From positions 3,162,001-3,226,000 of the forward strand of contig CAKKNE010000005.1 in the NCBI GenBank assembly GCA_918797485.1: a stretch of 64,000 bases of DNA. The letters are read 5' to 3'. Below, one piece after another: positions 1-10,100 of the stretch; the stretch's first letter is position 1; each line of letters begins with the position of its first letter. The notes under the pieces are model-generated. The model was not told the origin of the DNA. It did no database searches and saw nothing but the letters and a program-made list of their open reading frames with translations. The translations under genes were made by a program, and so were the position numbers. The DNA is from Pelagomonas calceolata. Taxonomy: Eukaryota.

Positions 1-386
1 GCAGATCTCTCAAACCCACGATGGCGTCGGGGCCGCCCTGGCCGGCCTCCATGCTGCAGGCTGCTTGTGTGCTGCTTCGTGGGGCTGCCCCTGGTGGGCT
101 CACGTCTTTTTGGAGGTATCCCGATGCGATGGCGTCATGGTATTGTCTGTGTGTCCGCGGGCGCCCTTGTGGCGCGCGCTATGCCAACGAGCTGCCAAAA
201 TCGGCAGCCGCGCTATGCCAACGTGCGGGGCACCCGCTCGAGCTAGGTGTACGCTGTCCGTGATCCGTGCCGGCGCTTCGTAGAGGGCCTCTCTTCTACG
301 GCGTCCGGGCAACAAAAAGCGGGCGAAAACCCCGCAGTCAAAGTGCGCTCAACGTCGCGACGCGCGCAAGCTAAGAACTACCGCAT

Positions 387-1130
387 CTACTTACTCCTCG
401 CGGCCCACTTCGCGGGCGAGTACGTCTTCACGTTGAACGCGTGGACCTTCGCGAGCTCGTCCTTCGCGACCGTGTTCACGAGGCGGTGCTGCTTGATCAT
501 CGTCAGGCCCTCGAAGTCCTTGGCCACGACCAAAATCTGGAGCTTCTGGCCGCAGCCCGAGCCCTCGGCCGTGACCTCGACGCGCGACGCGTCGAGGCCG
601 GCCTTCAGGGCCGTGGCGACGGGGTGCTCTTCATGTGAATGGGAGTGCTCGTGGCCGTCGTGCGAGTGCGAGCACTCATGGTCGTGGTCGTCCTTGCCCT
701 TCTGCGACGCCTCGTACTTGGCGATCTGCGCCCGCAGGAAGTCCTTTGCCGCGGCGTGCTTCTCCTCGTGGCCGCCGTCGTGCGAGTGGCCGCCGTCGTG
801 TGCGTGCCCGCCGTCGTGCGAATGGTCCTCGGAGCAGGCGCTTTTTTTGTGGCCGTGCTCGTGCGCGTGCGGCGCGTGGTCGTGGTCCTCGGTGCACGCG
901 TGGCCGTCGTGCTCGTGGGCGTGGGCGCTCGCCTTGTCGTGCGAGTGCTCGCTCGAGTGGTCCGCGGTGCAGGCGTGGCCGTCGTGGAAGTGAGCTTCCG
1001 GCTCCTTCTCGGCCTCCAATTTGGCCTTGGCGGCTTGCGCCTCTTCTAAGGAAGACAGGGGCTGCTGCTCCGGGACGGCCTGGCCGTACTTTTTGAGCAT
1101 GTCGGCCGCAGAGCCGCTGAAAAACTCCAT
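387..1130 (-). CDS. BolA-family protein with long His-rich N-terminal/central region
   Basis: C-terminal BolA motifs (GSGCGQKLQILVVAKDFEGLTMIKQHRLVN..VHAFNVKTYSP). ATG at 1130 (MEFFSG) preferred; the longer track ORF overlaps MLH1 antisense. Confidence 0.85.
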   Translation of the reverse strand: MEFFSGSAADMLKKYGQAVPEQQPLSSLEEAQAAKAKLEAEKEPEAHFHDGHACTADHSSEHSHDKASAHAHEHDGHACTEDHDHAPHAHEHGHKKSACSEDHSHDGGHAHDGGHSHDGGHEEKHAAAKDFLRAQIAKYEASQKGKDDHDHECSHSHDGHEHSHSHEEHPVATALKAGLDASRVEVTAEGSGCGQKLQILVVAKDFEGLTMIKQHRLVNTVAKDELAKVHAFNVKTYSPAKWAARSK

Positions 1131-1269
1131 GGTTTGTGAGAGGCTTTTGGGCTGTCGCTGTCTACTCTGCGCTGCTATGAGTGACAAGTACGGCAGCAGA
1201 AATGACAGAGAAATGTTACCAGCGCCACGCAATTCGTAGCGCGACAAATCGGCGCGGGGCTGGGAGGAA

Positions 1270-1293
1270 GCTAGCGTCCAGTAAGATACTAGC
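1270..1293 (+). promoter_or_regulatory. Conserved CTAG-bounded upstream element, copy 1
   Basis: gctagcgtccagtaagatactagc between divergent BolA and MLH1. Confidence 0.7.
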
Positions 1294-1522
1294 AAGCAAG
1301 CCGGAGGCGCGCCCAAGCCCAATCTAGGGCACAGCAGTGGTATTCGTCGGACTCGGCCAGCTTCTGGAGCAGTACTCCACGCCTTGGACCCGCCGCGGCA
1401 GCGATTTCGCTCGGTAGGCCGCAGAGAGTTCAAACAAGCTCTGCCAAGCAGAGAGAGGAAAAGCCGCGCACGCGACGGCGGGCTGTCCAGGACTGCGGAG
1501 AGCTGAAAACAACACAAAAAAG

Positions 1523-4500
1523 ATGCCGACGCTCCGTCGCCGCAAAGCGAAAGAACAAGACAAGGAGAACACCGACGACGCCATGGTCGACGACGACGAC
1601 GAGGAGGAGGAATATGACGACGGCGACCACGCGAGCGACGCGGACTTTGAAGGTTCTCCGGCCAAGAAGAAGCCCAAAGACGACGAGGAATTGCCGCAGG
1701 CGCCTCCCTTAATGGATGGCGGCGCGGCGCGGCCGCAAGCACCTGTTGACGGCGGCGCGGCGCGGTGCGGGGCGAATGTGGATGTGGGCGACGGGTGCGG
1801 CGTCCCGCAAGAAGACGCCAGCATGGAGCCGAAGGACATCCTGCGCTTAGATCCACTCGTAGTGAACCAGATCGCCGCGGGAGAAGTCGTGACGAAGCCT
1901 CCCAATGCGTTGAAGGAGCTCCTGGAGAACGCCCTGGACGCCGGGGCTTCTACTATCTCCGTCGAGGTCGAGGGCGGCGGCTTGGATCGGTTGCGCATTT
2001 GCGACGACGGGTGCGGCATCAAGCAGTCCGATCTACCGTTGTTATGTGAACGGCATGCCACGTCAAAACTACAAAAATTTGAGGATCTGGTGGACATCGA
2101 GACCTTTGGGTTCCGAGGAGAAGCTCTAGCTTCCGTGTCGTATGTAGCGAAGGTCCACGTCACTACTAAAGTAAGAGGCGACGAGTGCGCATACAAACAA
2201 AGTTTCCGGGACGGCGCACCGCTCGGCAAGCCGAAGGCGTGCGCCGCCCCTGATGGCACGACGATAACGGTAGAAGACATGTTCCACAACTTTCAAATCA
2301 GAAGGAAAATTTTGAGAGGCCAGGTCTCGGAGCAGTACCACCAGATGGTGCGGGTGTGCGGCGCCTACGCCGTGCACTACGCGTCGAAAGCGATATCTTG
2401 TCGCAAGGCCGGCCATGGTAGTGACTTGGTGACCACGGGCGGTACGACGCTAGAAGCGTTAACGGCGGTGCACGGTTCTACAACATCCTCAAATCTGTGT
2501 GAGTTGAAATGTGGACAAGAAGGCACGGACGAGAAACCGTTACATTTCTCGCTGACCGGATATGTCTCCAAAAGATGTGTGGAAACGACAAGGGGCACGC
2601 CTCAGAACAAGAAGGACCGGTTCACGTTGTTTATTAATGATCGATTAGTAGAATCCACGGCTATAAAAAGATGTGTGGATGAGGTCTATGCGAACCGACC
2701 CGACCATGTCGCTTCTACGACGAGCAAGCCCTTCGCGTACCTATCACTGAAAGTACCTGGTAGTCATGTGGACGTCAACGTGCACCCCACGAAGAAAGAA
2801 GTACATTTTTTGTACGAGGCGGAATTGTGTCAAGCTCTACAGCGAGCTTTAGAGCCGTTAGCGGCGAAGCACGCCGACACCCGTACACTAGCTCAGTTGA
2901 GCGACAAGCCTTCTAGACGGAAATCATCGTCACAGTCGCAGCTGTCCCAGCCCTCGTCACAGCAACCGCGGGGCGCGTTCCACTCGGAATCACAACCATC
3001 ACAAAAACGGACGACGAACACGCAGCCCTCGCAGCGGCCCGAGAAGATGATTCGCGCCGACTACAGAGATCAACAAATAGATAGCTTCTTCCCGGCCTCC
3101 CAGAAGACGCCGGCACCACCTCCAAAAGCGGTAAGGGAGGCCAATCGCGTCACGGACGCGTCTCGAGAGGATTCACCCGAGGACTGGTTCGCGTCGCAGG
3201 ACGATAGTGAGGCGCCCGCCGACTCGGCGACGCAGGACGGGCCGCCGCCGCCGCCGCCGCCGGATCCGACGCCGCCGCCGGAGACGCCTCCTTCCCAGGA
3301 GGCCGCGGCGCCGTCTCGAGACGGCGACGCCGCCATGGCGCCGGCGCGGCCGCCTCCCGAGCGAGCGACGGCCCGCTACGCCTTCGAGCCGCTCAAGGCC
3401 CATCAACTCGAATTAAGGGCGAACGACAACCTCGAGGTCTGGGTCACGGACGAGTCGTGGTGGCTCGCGCGGAACGCCCGAAGTGGTGAAGAGGGCCGCG
3501 TGCCGAGCGGCCACGTGCAGCTCGGCGCGTGGAATGAAGATGAGAGCGACGCGGACATGGCCGACGACGCGCCGACCGCGCGCGCGATGGCGCCGTCGCC
3601 GGACGACGACGAGGCCACCGCGCGCGCGATGGCGCCGTCGCCGGACGACGACGAGGCCACCGCGCGCGCGATGGCGCCGTCGCAGGACGACGACGAGCCG
3701 ACCGCGCGCGCGCGGCAGAACCTGCACAACGCCCTCAAGCAGCCGTCCCAGCAGGACGTCACTCACTCACAACCAACAAATCTGCAAGGCGACCGCTGCA
3801 AGCTTTGCGGCTCGCTCAAGGCATCGCAATCACTGGCCGAAACGCCGGGCGCCTTTGCCGCGTCGCGCGATGCGAGAGAGGCTTTGATTGATGACGACAA
3901 GAAGTGCCCGGAGTGCGGGTCGGTCAAAGCGGACGCGGTGTTGTTGCCACCTCCTCCTAGACCGCGCAAGTTCGAACTCAAACACACGCAATGCGAATAT
4001 GACTCCATTAAGGAAATGCTCGAGGAATTGCGGGCGCGGCGGCCGCGCGTCGCAAGCGCGGAAGCGTTGCGGACGCACGTCTACGTGGGCAACGTCGACG
4101 CGCACCGTTCACTCATCCAACACGGCACGAAGCTGAGCATGGTGAACCACCTGCTGCTTTCAAGAGAACTCTTCTCGCAGTTGGCCCTGCGCCAGTTCGG
4201 CGAAGTGGACTACCTCGAATTCGACCCGTCGTATCCCGTCGTGGACTTGATCGCGGCGCACCTGGAAGCGTGCGAGGCCGACACGATTGACGATGCGAAA
4301 GCTGCTTCGCAGGACGCCTTGGAGAAGTTACGAGCGAAGGCGAGCATGCTCAAGGAGTACTTTGGCATTGGTATTGATGATGGTGGTATGCTCACGCATT
4401 TGCCGGTGTTGCTCGAGGGGCACACGCCGTACCCGGGCGCGATCCCCGGTTTTCTGTGGCGCCTGGCCACGGAGACGGAGTGGCGGTATGAGCGAAGGTG

Positions 4501-4738
4501 TTTCGAAGATGTGATTAATCACCTCGGGGTCTGCTACGCGCAGCTGCCGTCCCACGAAGTTGTGCAGGATGATTTTCGCGAATTAGTTTTGGAGGACGAC
4601 GCGAAGGAGACGCTCGAGAAAGTCATCTTCCCGGCCTTGAAGCAGCTGCTCCTGCCGCCCGCCGGATTAGATGATGACGCGTGCATCGACACGCTGACGA
4701 CGCTCGAGCGGCTGTATCGGCAGTTCGAGCGGTGTTAA
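1523..4738 (+). CDS. MLH1: DNA mismatch repair protein MLH1 with SH3, tandem repeat and Zn-ribbon in the linker
   Basis: IAAGEVV..ALKELLENALDAG, DDGCGI, ERHATSK, TFGFRGEALAS, DVNVHPTKKEV, and the MLH1-specific C-terminal FERC. Confidence 0.97.
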   Translation: MPTLRRRKAKEQDKENTDDAMVDDDDEEEEYDDGDHASDADFEGSPAKKKPKDDEELPQAPPLMDGGAARPQAPVDGGAARCGANVDVGDGCGVPQEDASMEPKDILRLDPLVVNQIAAGEVVTKPPNALKELLENALDAGASTISVEVEGGGLDRLRICDDGCGIKQSDLPLLCERHATSKLQKFEDLVDIETFGFRGEALASVSYVAKVHVTTKVRGDECAYKQSFRDGAPLGKPKACAAPDGTTITVEDMFHNFQIRRKILRGQVSEQYHQMVRVCGAYAVHYASKAISCRKAGHGSDLVTTGGTTLEALTAVHGSTTSSNLCELKCGQEGTDEKPLHFSLTGYVSKRCVETTRGTPQNKKDRFTLFINDRLVESTAIKRCVDEVYANRPDHVASTTSKPFAYLSLKVPGSHVDVNVHPTKKEVHFLYEAELCQALQRALEPLAAKHADTRTLAQLSDKPSRRKSSSQSQLSQPSSQQPRGAFHSESQPSQKRTTNTQPSQRPEKMIRADYRDQQIDSFFPASQKTPAPPPKAVREANRVTDASREDSPEDWFASQDDSEAPADSATQDGPPPPPPPDPTPPPETPPSQEAAAPSRDGDAAMAPARPPPERATARYAFEPLKAHQLELRANDNLEVWVTDESWWLARNARSGEEGRVPSGHVQLGAWNEDESDADMADDAPTARAMAPSPDDDEATARAMAPSPDDDEATARAMAPSQDDDEPTARARQNLHNALKQPSQQDVTHSQPTNLQGDRCKLCGSLKASQSLAETPGAFAASRDAREALIDDDKKCPECGSVKADAVLLPPPPRPRKFELKHTQCEYDSIKEMLEELRARRPRVASAEALRTHVYVGNVDAHRSLIQHGTKLSMVNHLLLSRELFSQLALRQFGEVDYLEFDPSYPVVDLIAAHLEACEADTIDDAKAASQDALEKLRAKASMLKEYFGIGIDDGGMLTHLPVLLEGHTPYPGAIPGFLWRLATETEWRYERRCFEDVINHLGVCYAQLPSHEVVQDDFRELVLEDDAKETLEKVIFPALKQLLLPPAGLDDDACIDTLTTLERLYRQFERC
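3574..3712 (+). repeat. 42-bp coding tandem repeat (TARAMAPSPDDDEA, about 3.3 copies)
   Basis: accgcgcgcgcgatggcgccgtcgccggacgacgacgaggcc repeated. Confidence 0.9.
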
Positions 4739-4757
4739 GAATTTAGTAGTGGTATTA

Positions 4758-6737
4758 CTAAGCCGCCGACAGGATCCCCCGCACGAGCACGTCCAGCGGC
4801 CCGTCGCCTTTTGGTGCCGCGACGCCCGCCCCACCAGCCAAAGCGGCCGTCCGCCGGCCCGCGCCCGCGGCGTTCGGCGCCGCACCCAAGGCCTCCGCCG
4901 CGGCCGCGTCGGAATGGGCGAGCCTGTCCAGCAGCGCGTCGCGCCGGTCCCCGGCGTCGAAGCCCAGCTCGTTCTCCAGCCTCTCTAGCAAAGCGTCTTC
5001 ATCTAACGACGCATCATCTAGATCCTCTTCAACAGAAAGGGCGAGGCACGCCCGCAGCAAGTCCGCGGCGCGCGGGTCCGCCGTTTTGGAGAGGGCCCGC
5101 AACAAACCTTTGAGAGTGCGATCCAACGGCACCTCGCCCCGGACCACGCACCGGTCCCGAAATAAGTCCAGGACGCGCGGCAGGTCCGCGCCGTCGACGA
5201 CGAGGTCGTCGACGATGTTCGCGACTTTCGCGGGCCACCGCTTCCGCGTGTCGCGCGGTACTCGGTCCTCCGTCGTCGTCACGGGGCGCTTCTTCGCGGC
5301 GGCGGGCGTCTTCACGCGTTTGGGCGACGGCCTCCTCAGCGTCGAGCTCCGCGGTTGACGCATGTCCTCGGGCTGCACGTTTTCTTCAGTCTCTCCATCA
5401 TCATAGAGCACGTCGAAGGTGGACGAGCGGCCGCGCGTCTTCGGGGGGCGCACTTTCGTGACGGCCCCGGGGTACCACGTCGTGCCCTTGCCCCAGCGCG
5501 CCTCGACGCGGTCGCCCACGGCGAAGGCGTCCGCGTCCTCCTCCTCCTCATTTTTACTTTTTGTGATCCACTGCGCGTCGACGCGCTTCTCAGAGCCTCC
5601 CATCGTATACTTGACGGCATACGTAAAACCCGTGGTCCTCTTCTCCGACCCGTCGCGCATGGGGCCTCCATCGATACTCCGTTCGTCGTTTATCTTCGTG
5701 ATCGTGCCCGGCCCGCCGGCCTTGTTGATGCCCGGGAACGTGCGCGCGGCGACCTCGACGGTGTCGCCTACCTCAAAACGCGGCGCCTCGTCCGTCGTGT
5801 CCATCGGTGCCGGTTCGTCCTCGTCGTCGCTCTCGGCGATCGTGCGGCGCTTGCGCTTCGGTTTCGTAGTGGACGCGGGCGCCGGCGCCGGCGACGCCTC
5901 CTTCGGCGCCTCCGGGAGCTCCTTGGAAAGCGCCTCGCGGTAGCGCTCGACGACGTCCGCCTTCTCCACGAGGTCCGCCACGGACAGGCCCGCTTTTATT
6001 ATAGCTGCCTTCATCTCCTTGATCGACGGCGTCGCTTCGGGCGCGGCCGCGCCGCGGCCCGTCCACGACCGCACCGTCGCGGCCACCTTCCCGAAGAAGC
6101 TTTGTGGCGGCGCCGCCGGCGCCGGCGCGACGACAACTCTATACGCGAAGCGCACGGCCGCCGGCAGGACCGGCGACAGCGGCGCGCCCGGGCGGTAGGG
6201 TGCGTTGAGCGGGTCCAGTATCAATATGTCGCCCTCACATAATTCCTTCGTCTCGCTGGCCCGCAGGATGTCGCGCGCGCCGTCCCTTCGCAGGATGCCC
6301 GACGCCTGCGCCGCCGAGAGCCCCGCGGCGCGACACGCGCCATCAACAATTTGCACGGAGCACTGGCGCCGCGACACGCCCGTTTCACTGGAAGCGATGT
6401 CGAGGTCGAGCTTGTCGCTCGCGTCGCTCTGGGACCGCCTTCCCAAAACCCGCGCTTGCGCGTGGAGCTCGTGGCGCGCGTCCTTGCGGTAGCTCCCGGC
6501 GTTGACGAGCCAGCCCGCGGGCTGCGGCGGCGCCGGCTTGAGCGGGTCGTTCCACGTCTGCGCGACGCGGCCGTCCTCGAGCAGCGTGCACGCGCCGCCG
6601 CCCTGACGCGCGCGGTCCGCCGCCGCGCGCGCCGCGGCCAGGGATGGCTCATCTCCGGCAGCGCTGTCGTGGACCCAGCGCGTTTGTGATGCGCCGGCGG
6701 GCTCGTGGAAGACCTGGTAGCGTTGCTGCTGGGCCAT
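4758..6737 (-). CDS. FHA + SAP-like + two Tudor-like domain nuclear protein
   Basis: LGR..VSRRQCSV (FHA-like); SIKEMKAAIIKAGLS..VEKADVVERY; FEVGDTVEV; FAVGDRVEARWGKGTTWYPG..FDVLYDDGETE (Tudor). Start chosen at MAQQQ. Confidence 0.75.
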   Translation of the reverse strand: MAQQQRYQVFHEPAGASQTRWVHDSAAGDEPSLAAARAAADRARQGGGACTLLEDGRVAQTWNDPLKPAPPQPAGWLVNAGSYRKDARHELHAQARVLGRRSQSDASDKLDLDIASSETGVSRRQCSVQIVDGACRAAGLSAAQASGILRRDGARDILRASETKELCEGDILILDPLNAPYRPGAPLSPVLPAAVRFAYRVVVAPAPAAPPQSFFGKVAATVRSWTGRGAAAPEATPSIKEMKAAIIKAGLSVADLVEKADVVERYREALSKELPEAPKEASPAPAPASTTKPKRKRRTIAESDDEDEPAPMDTTDEAPRFEVGDTVEVAARTFPGINKAGGPGTITKINDERSIDGGPMRDGSEKRTTGFTYAVKYTMGGSEKRVDAQWITKSKNEEEEDADAFAVGDRVEARWGKGTTWYPGAVTKVRPPKTRGRSSTFDVLYDDGETEENVQPEDMRQPRSSTLRRPSPKRVKTPAAAKKRPVTTTEDRVPRDTRKRWPAKVANIVDDLVVDGADLPRVLDLFRDRCVVRGEVPLDRTLKGLLRALSKTADPRAADLLRACLALSVEEDLDDASLDEDALLERLENELGFDAGDRRDALLDRLAHSDAAAAEALGAAPNAAGAGRRTAALAGGAGVAAPKGDGPLDVLVRGILSAA

Positions 6738-7105
6738 GATAAACGGTTCGTGTACGGATGCGCGAGTGTCAATCCAATGCGAAACCGTGGAAAAAATGCG
6801 CAGCGGCTTTGCGCAGCCCTTTTTACTCAATTACTGGGTCCATGCTCAAAAATAGGCGCCAAAAACGGGTTTTCCGGGTACTCGACTCGGAGGGCGCCCA
6901 CGACACCTCTGCTCGAAGCCACCGAGCGCTCCGCCGTCGAAGCGCCCATCGTGCGGGCACGCGCCGCTGCGCCCGAATAGCTGGACAGCTTCTCCCAAAG
7001 AGGTGGTGCCGAAGAGGCTGGGGAAACGGCCGCGGACGATTAGTGCAGCCTCCTCCCAACGCGCGGCACACCGTTATCAAAGCGGGCTGCCCGAGGTCCA
7101 CGGCT

Positions 7106-10100
7106 ATGGCACGCCTTACATACTTCCTCCTGCCACTACTCGCGGAGGCCGCCTGGCCGTCCTGCACTCAGGTGAATGTGGCTCCGGACACGGCCTTCGG
7201 CATCGGCGGCAAGCACGATCCTTATGATGACGGCGCCGAGGCCTGCTGGGTCCTGACGGCGCCCGGCGACCGCCTGACCGTCGCGTTCGATTTTTTTCAG
7301 ACCGAGTTCCAGCACGACTACCTGACGGTCTACGACGGCCAAGATGACGACGACCCGTTGCAAGTGTCGGGCGAGCTGCCGTCACCCTTTGTTTTGAGAC
7401 CGGACAATAAAGAAGTTTTATTACATTTTAAGGCCGATGCCACCTACCACTCGGGCGCGCGCACGCAGCAGCTCGGCTTGACGGCCAAGTACTTCGATTC
7501 CAGCGACGGCTCATGTTTCAATGGTTGTTCGAACCACGGGACGTGTGACGACGGCCTGTGTACGTGTAACGAGGGCTGGGGGGCCGACGAATATACGGAC
7601 TGCTCCATACCCGTCAAGACCTTGAATGACGGCGTCAAGGCGGACATCGGCGGCATTAGTGTCGGCGCGTGGGAGTACTTCAAGATTAATGTGGACGAAA
7701 GTGATACGTTTCTGATCGAACTCGTCGACGCGTCGGTCGCGACGGCCGACCCGCGCTTGATGGTGTCCTACGACACGTTACCTACTCTTTCCCATTATCG
7801 GTTGTCGGACTGGTTCAGCTGGTACTACGACTGTTCGGATATTCATTTCATCCGAGGCAACGGGAGAACGGGGACGATCTACATCGGAGTGACGAATGAT
7901 GCCTTGCGGGGTGATGCGACCGGCACGCTGGAAGCCTCCGTGACACTAAGAGTAGGCACAAACAGCCAGCAACGATGCCTCTTAGACTGCAACGGCCACG
8001 GGACTTGTGATACCACAAGCGGCAACTGCGCCTGCGACGACGGCTGGGAGGGCAGCCTGACGAACGCGCCGGACACGTGTCAATTTCAAGTTCGAGCGTT
8101 AACACTAGATACGTCCAACGAAGGGACCGTGCGCATCGGCAACTGGGACTACTACCGGTATGATGTTACGGCAGACCAAGCCCACAGAAATAAGCTCGCG
8201 GTCGAGTTCTACTCGTCGACGCCGCACGCCTGGCCCATCGCGTTGGTAAGGCGGAACGACGCGCCGCGACTCAAAGATGGGTTAGTTCCGACGGTGGACG
8301 CCTTTGTGTATACCGAGGTGGACGGCGAGGGCTTCGAGTTAATACAAGGCCAGCGCATGTCTATCATTGTCAATGAGACTACCCTGAGCGAGGGGGCGTG
8401 GTACATCGGGGTCTATAACTTGTGGGGCCATAATGGAGTGAATGGGATGACCTCCAAGGAAACGCTGCAGTATAGTCTGACCGCTACCCTGTACAATTCG
8501 GGCACGCCCTGTCCAGCCACAAAAAATGGAGGCTTCTGCGACGGCAACACGTGCGACTTCAACACGGGCGAGTGCGCCTGCCCTTCAGACAGGTTATGGC
8601 GGGACTGCTCGTTCACGGCGGAAACGTTGCTGGGGGACGGTGCCACGAAGAATCCACCTGCATTAGGAATTGGTGGGCATTCGTATTACGCCATTGAAGT
8701 GACCGTGGACCACATCCAAGCCAAAAAGAATTTGGTGGTGACCCTAGAAGTGCTGGGCGACAAAGTGGCCGACCCGACGATGCGCGCGGCGTTCGAGGAG
8801 ATGCCCTGGGCCGCCGACGCGTCGCAGTTCACGGACCATGATTTGCTAGCTAACTTTTATAGGGATGCGGAGCACCAGATTTTGCTGGATGCGGAAGAGT
8901 TAGCGGCGGCCGGGCCGGGCGTCTGGTACGTTTCCGTGCACAATGGGGTCGAGAATTCTGAGGCCCTGACCTTTTCTATTACGAGTAGCTTCAAAACTTC
9001 ATTAGATTGCCCACTAGCAAGAGACGATCGCATGTGCGACGGCCAGGGGACCTGTGAAAGGAACTTGGGCCGATGCGACTGCGCGAGTGGCAGGGTCATG
9101 GACGACTGCTCCGCCGACGGTGTGTTTGAGTTGACGCCGTCTCAACTAACAGCCAGCCCATCACGGGGCAACGCCAAGACCATCTCTATTGATGGATGGG
9201 CCTTCTGGTCGATTGCGGTCGGGTGCGAAGATCGCGTGCTCGAGGTCGCGTTCCAGACGACGAATGATGGGGCCCTCCCCACTCTAGTAGTGAGACGAGA
9301 CCGGTTACCACTCATGGTGCAGGGTACTTTTGACTACTTCGACTACTACAACCAGCACACGCCTTCCCAGGCAATCGCGATTACGGCTTGCGGCGACGAC
9401 CAGTTCGGCTGCTCCGGGTCGGGGTGCTGCATGAACCCGACCTACCCCGGCTCGGCCTTCTCGACGGGCGCGCCGGAGCCGGGCATCTACTACATTGGTA
9501 TTTATAACGATCACGAGGCGTCCGAATCCATACAAGACTATACCTTATCTGTCGAAATGCGGGGCGTTCCCGGCGCTTCTGACACATGTAAAGTCTGCGC
9601 GCCGGGCTTCGCTTCATCGGATTGCTCCGTGCCGTGCCCCGGGATGGACCCGGCTGATGTCTACTCGAATTCTCCCACAAGTTCGGGCACTTTTTGTAGT
9701 GGCAGAGGCGTCTGCTCGGCGGACGGGTCTTCGTGTGTGTGCGGCGCGGGCTACATCGGAGACGCGTGCCAGGACGGCTGCGCTGCCGATGAATCAGGAG
9801 ATACGTGTAGCAACCGAGGCACGTGCGTCGACGCGGGCGCCGGCGTGGCTTCCTGCGCCTGCGATAAGGGTTGGGGCGGCAAAGCTTGTGAGTTAGAATG
9901 CGGCGGCTGCTCCAATCACGGCGGCTGCGTGTATGATGACGACACGGGCGCGCGGTGCAACTGCGACGGGGACCACGCGGGTGCGGAGTGCGAGTTCGAC
10001 TGTCCTTCCCATCTCGGCCACGCGTGTAATCGGCGGGGGCAGTGTGTCGTGCTACACGCGAACGACGGCACGGCGCTGCGGGCGTCCTGCGTCTGCGACG

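Noticed and set aside
1..52. Possible 5' end of a minus-strand gene (MEAGQGGPDAIVGLRDL)
   Set aside because: Too short at the window edge to support.
6758..7105. N-terminal extensions of track ORFs (also 1131-1856, 37849-37980, 44944-45054, 52089-52262, 53717-53923)
   Set aside because: Downstream ATGs give recognisable family N-termini or targeting peptides; the extensions look like UTR or intergenic sequence.
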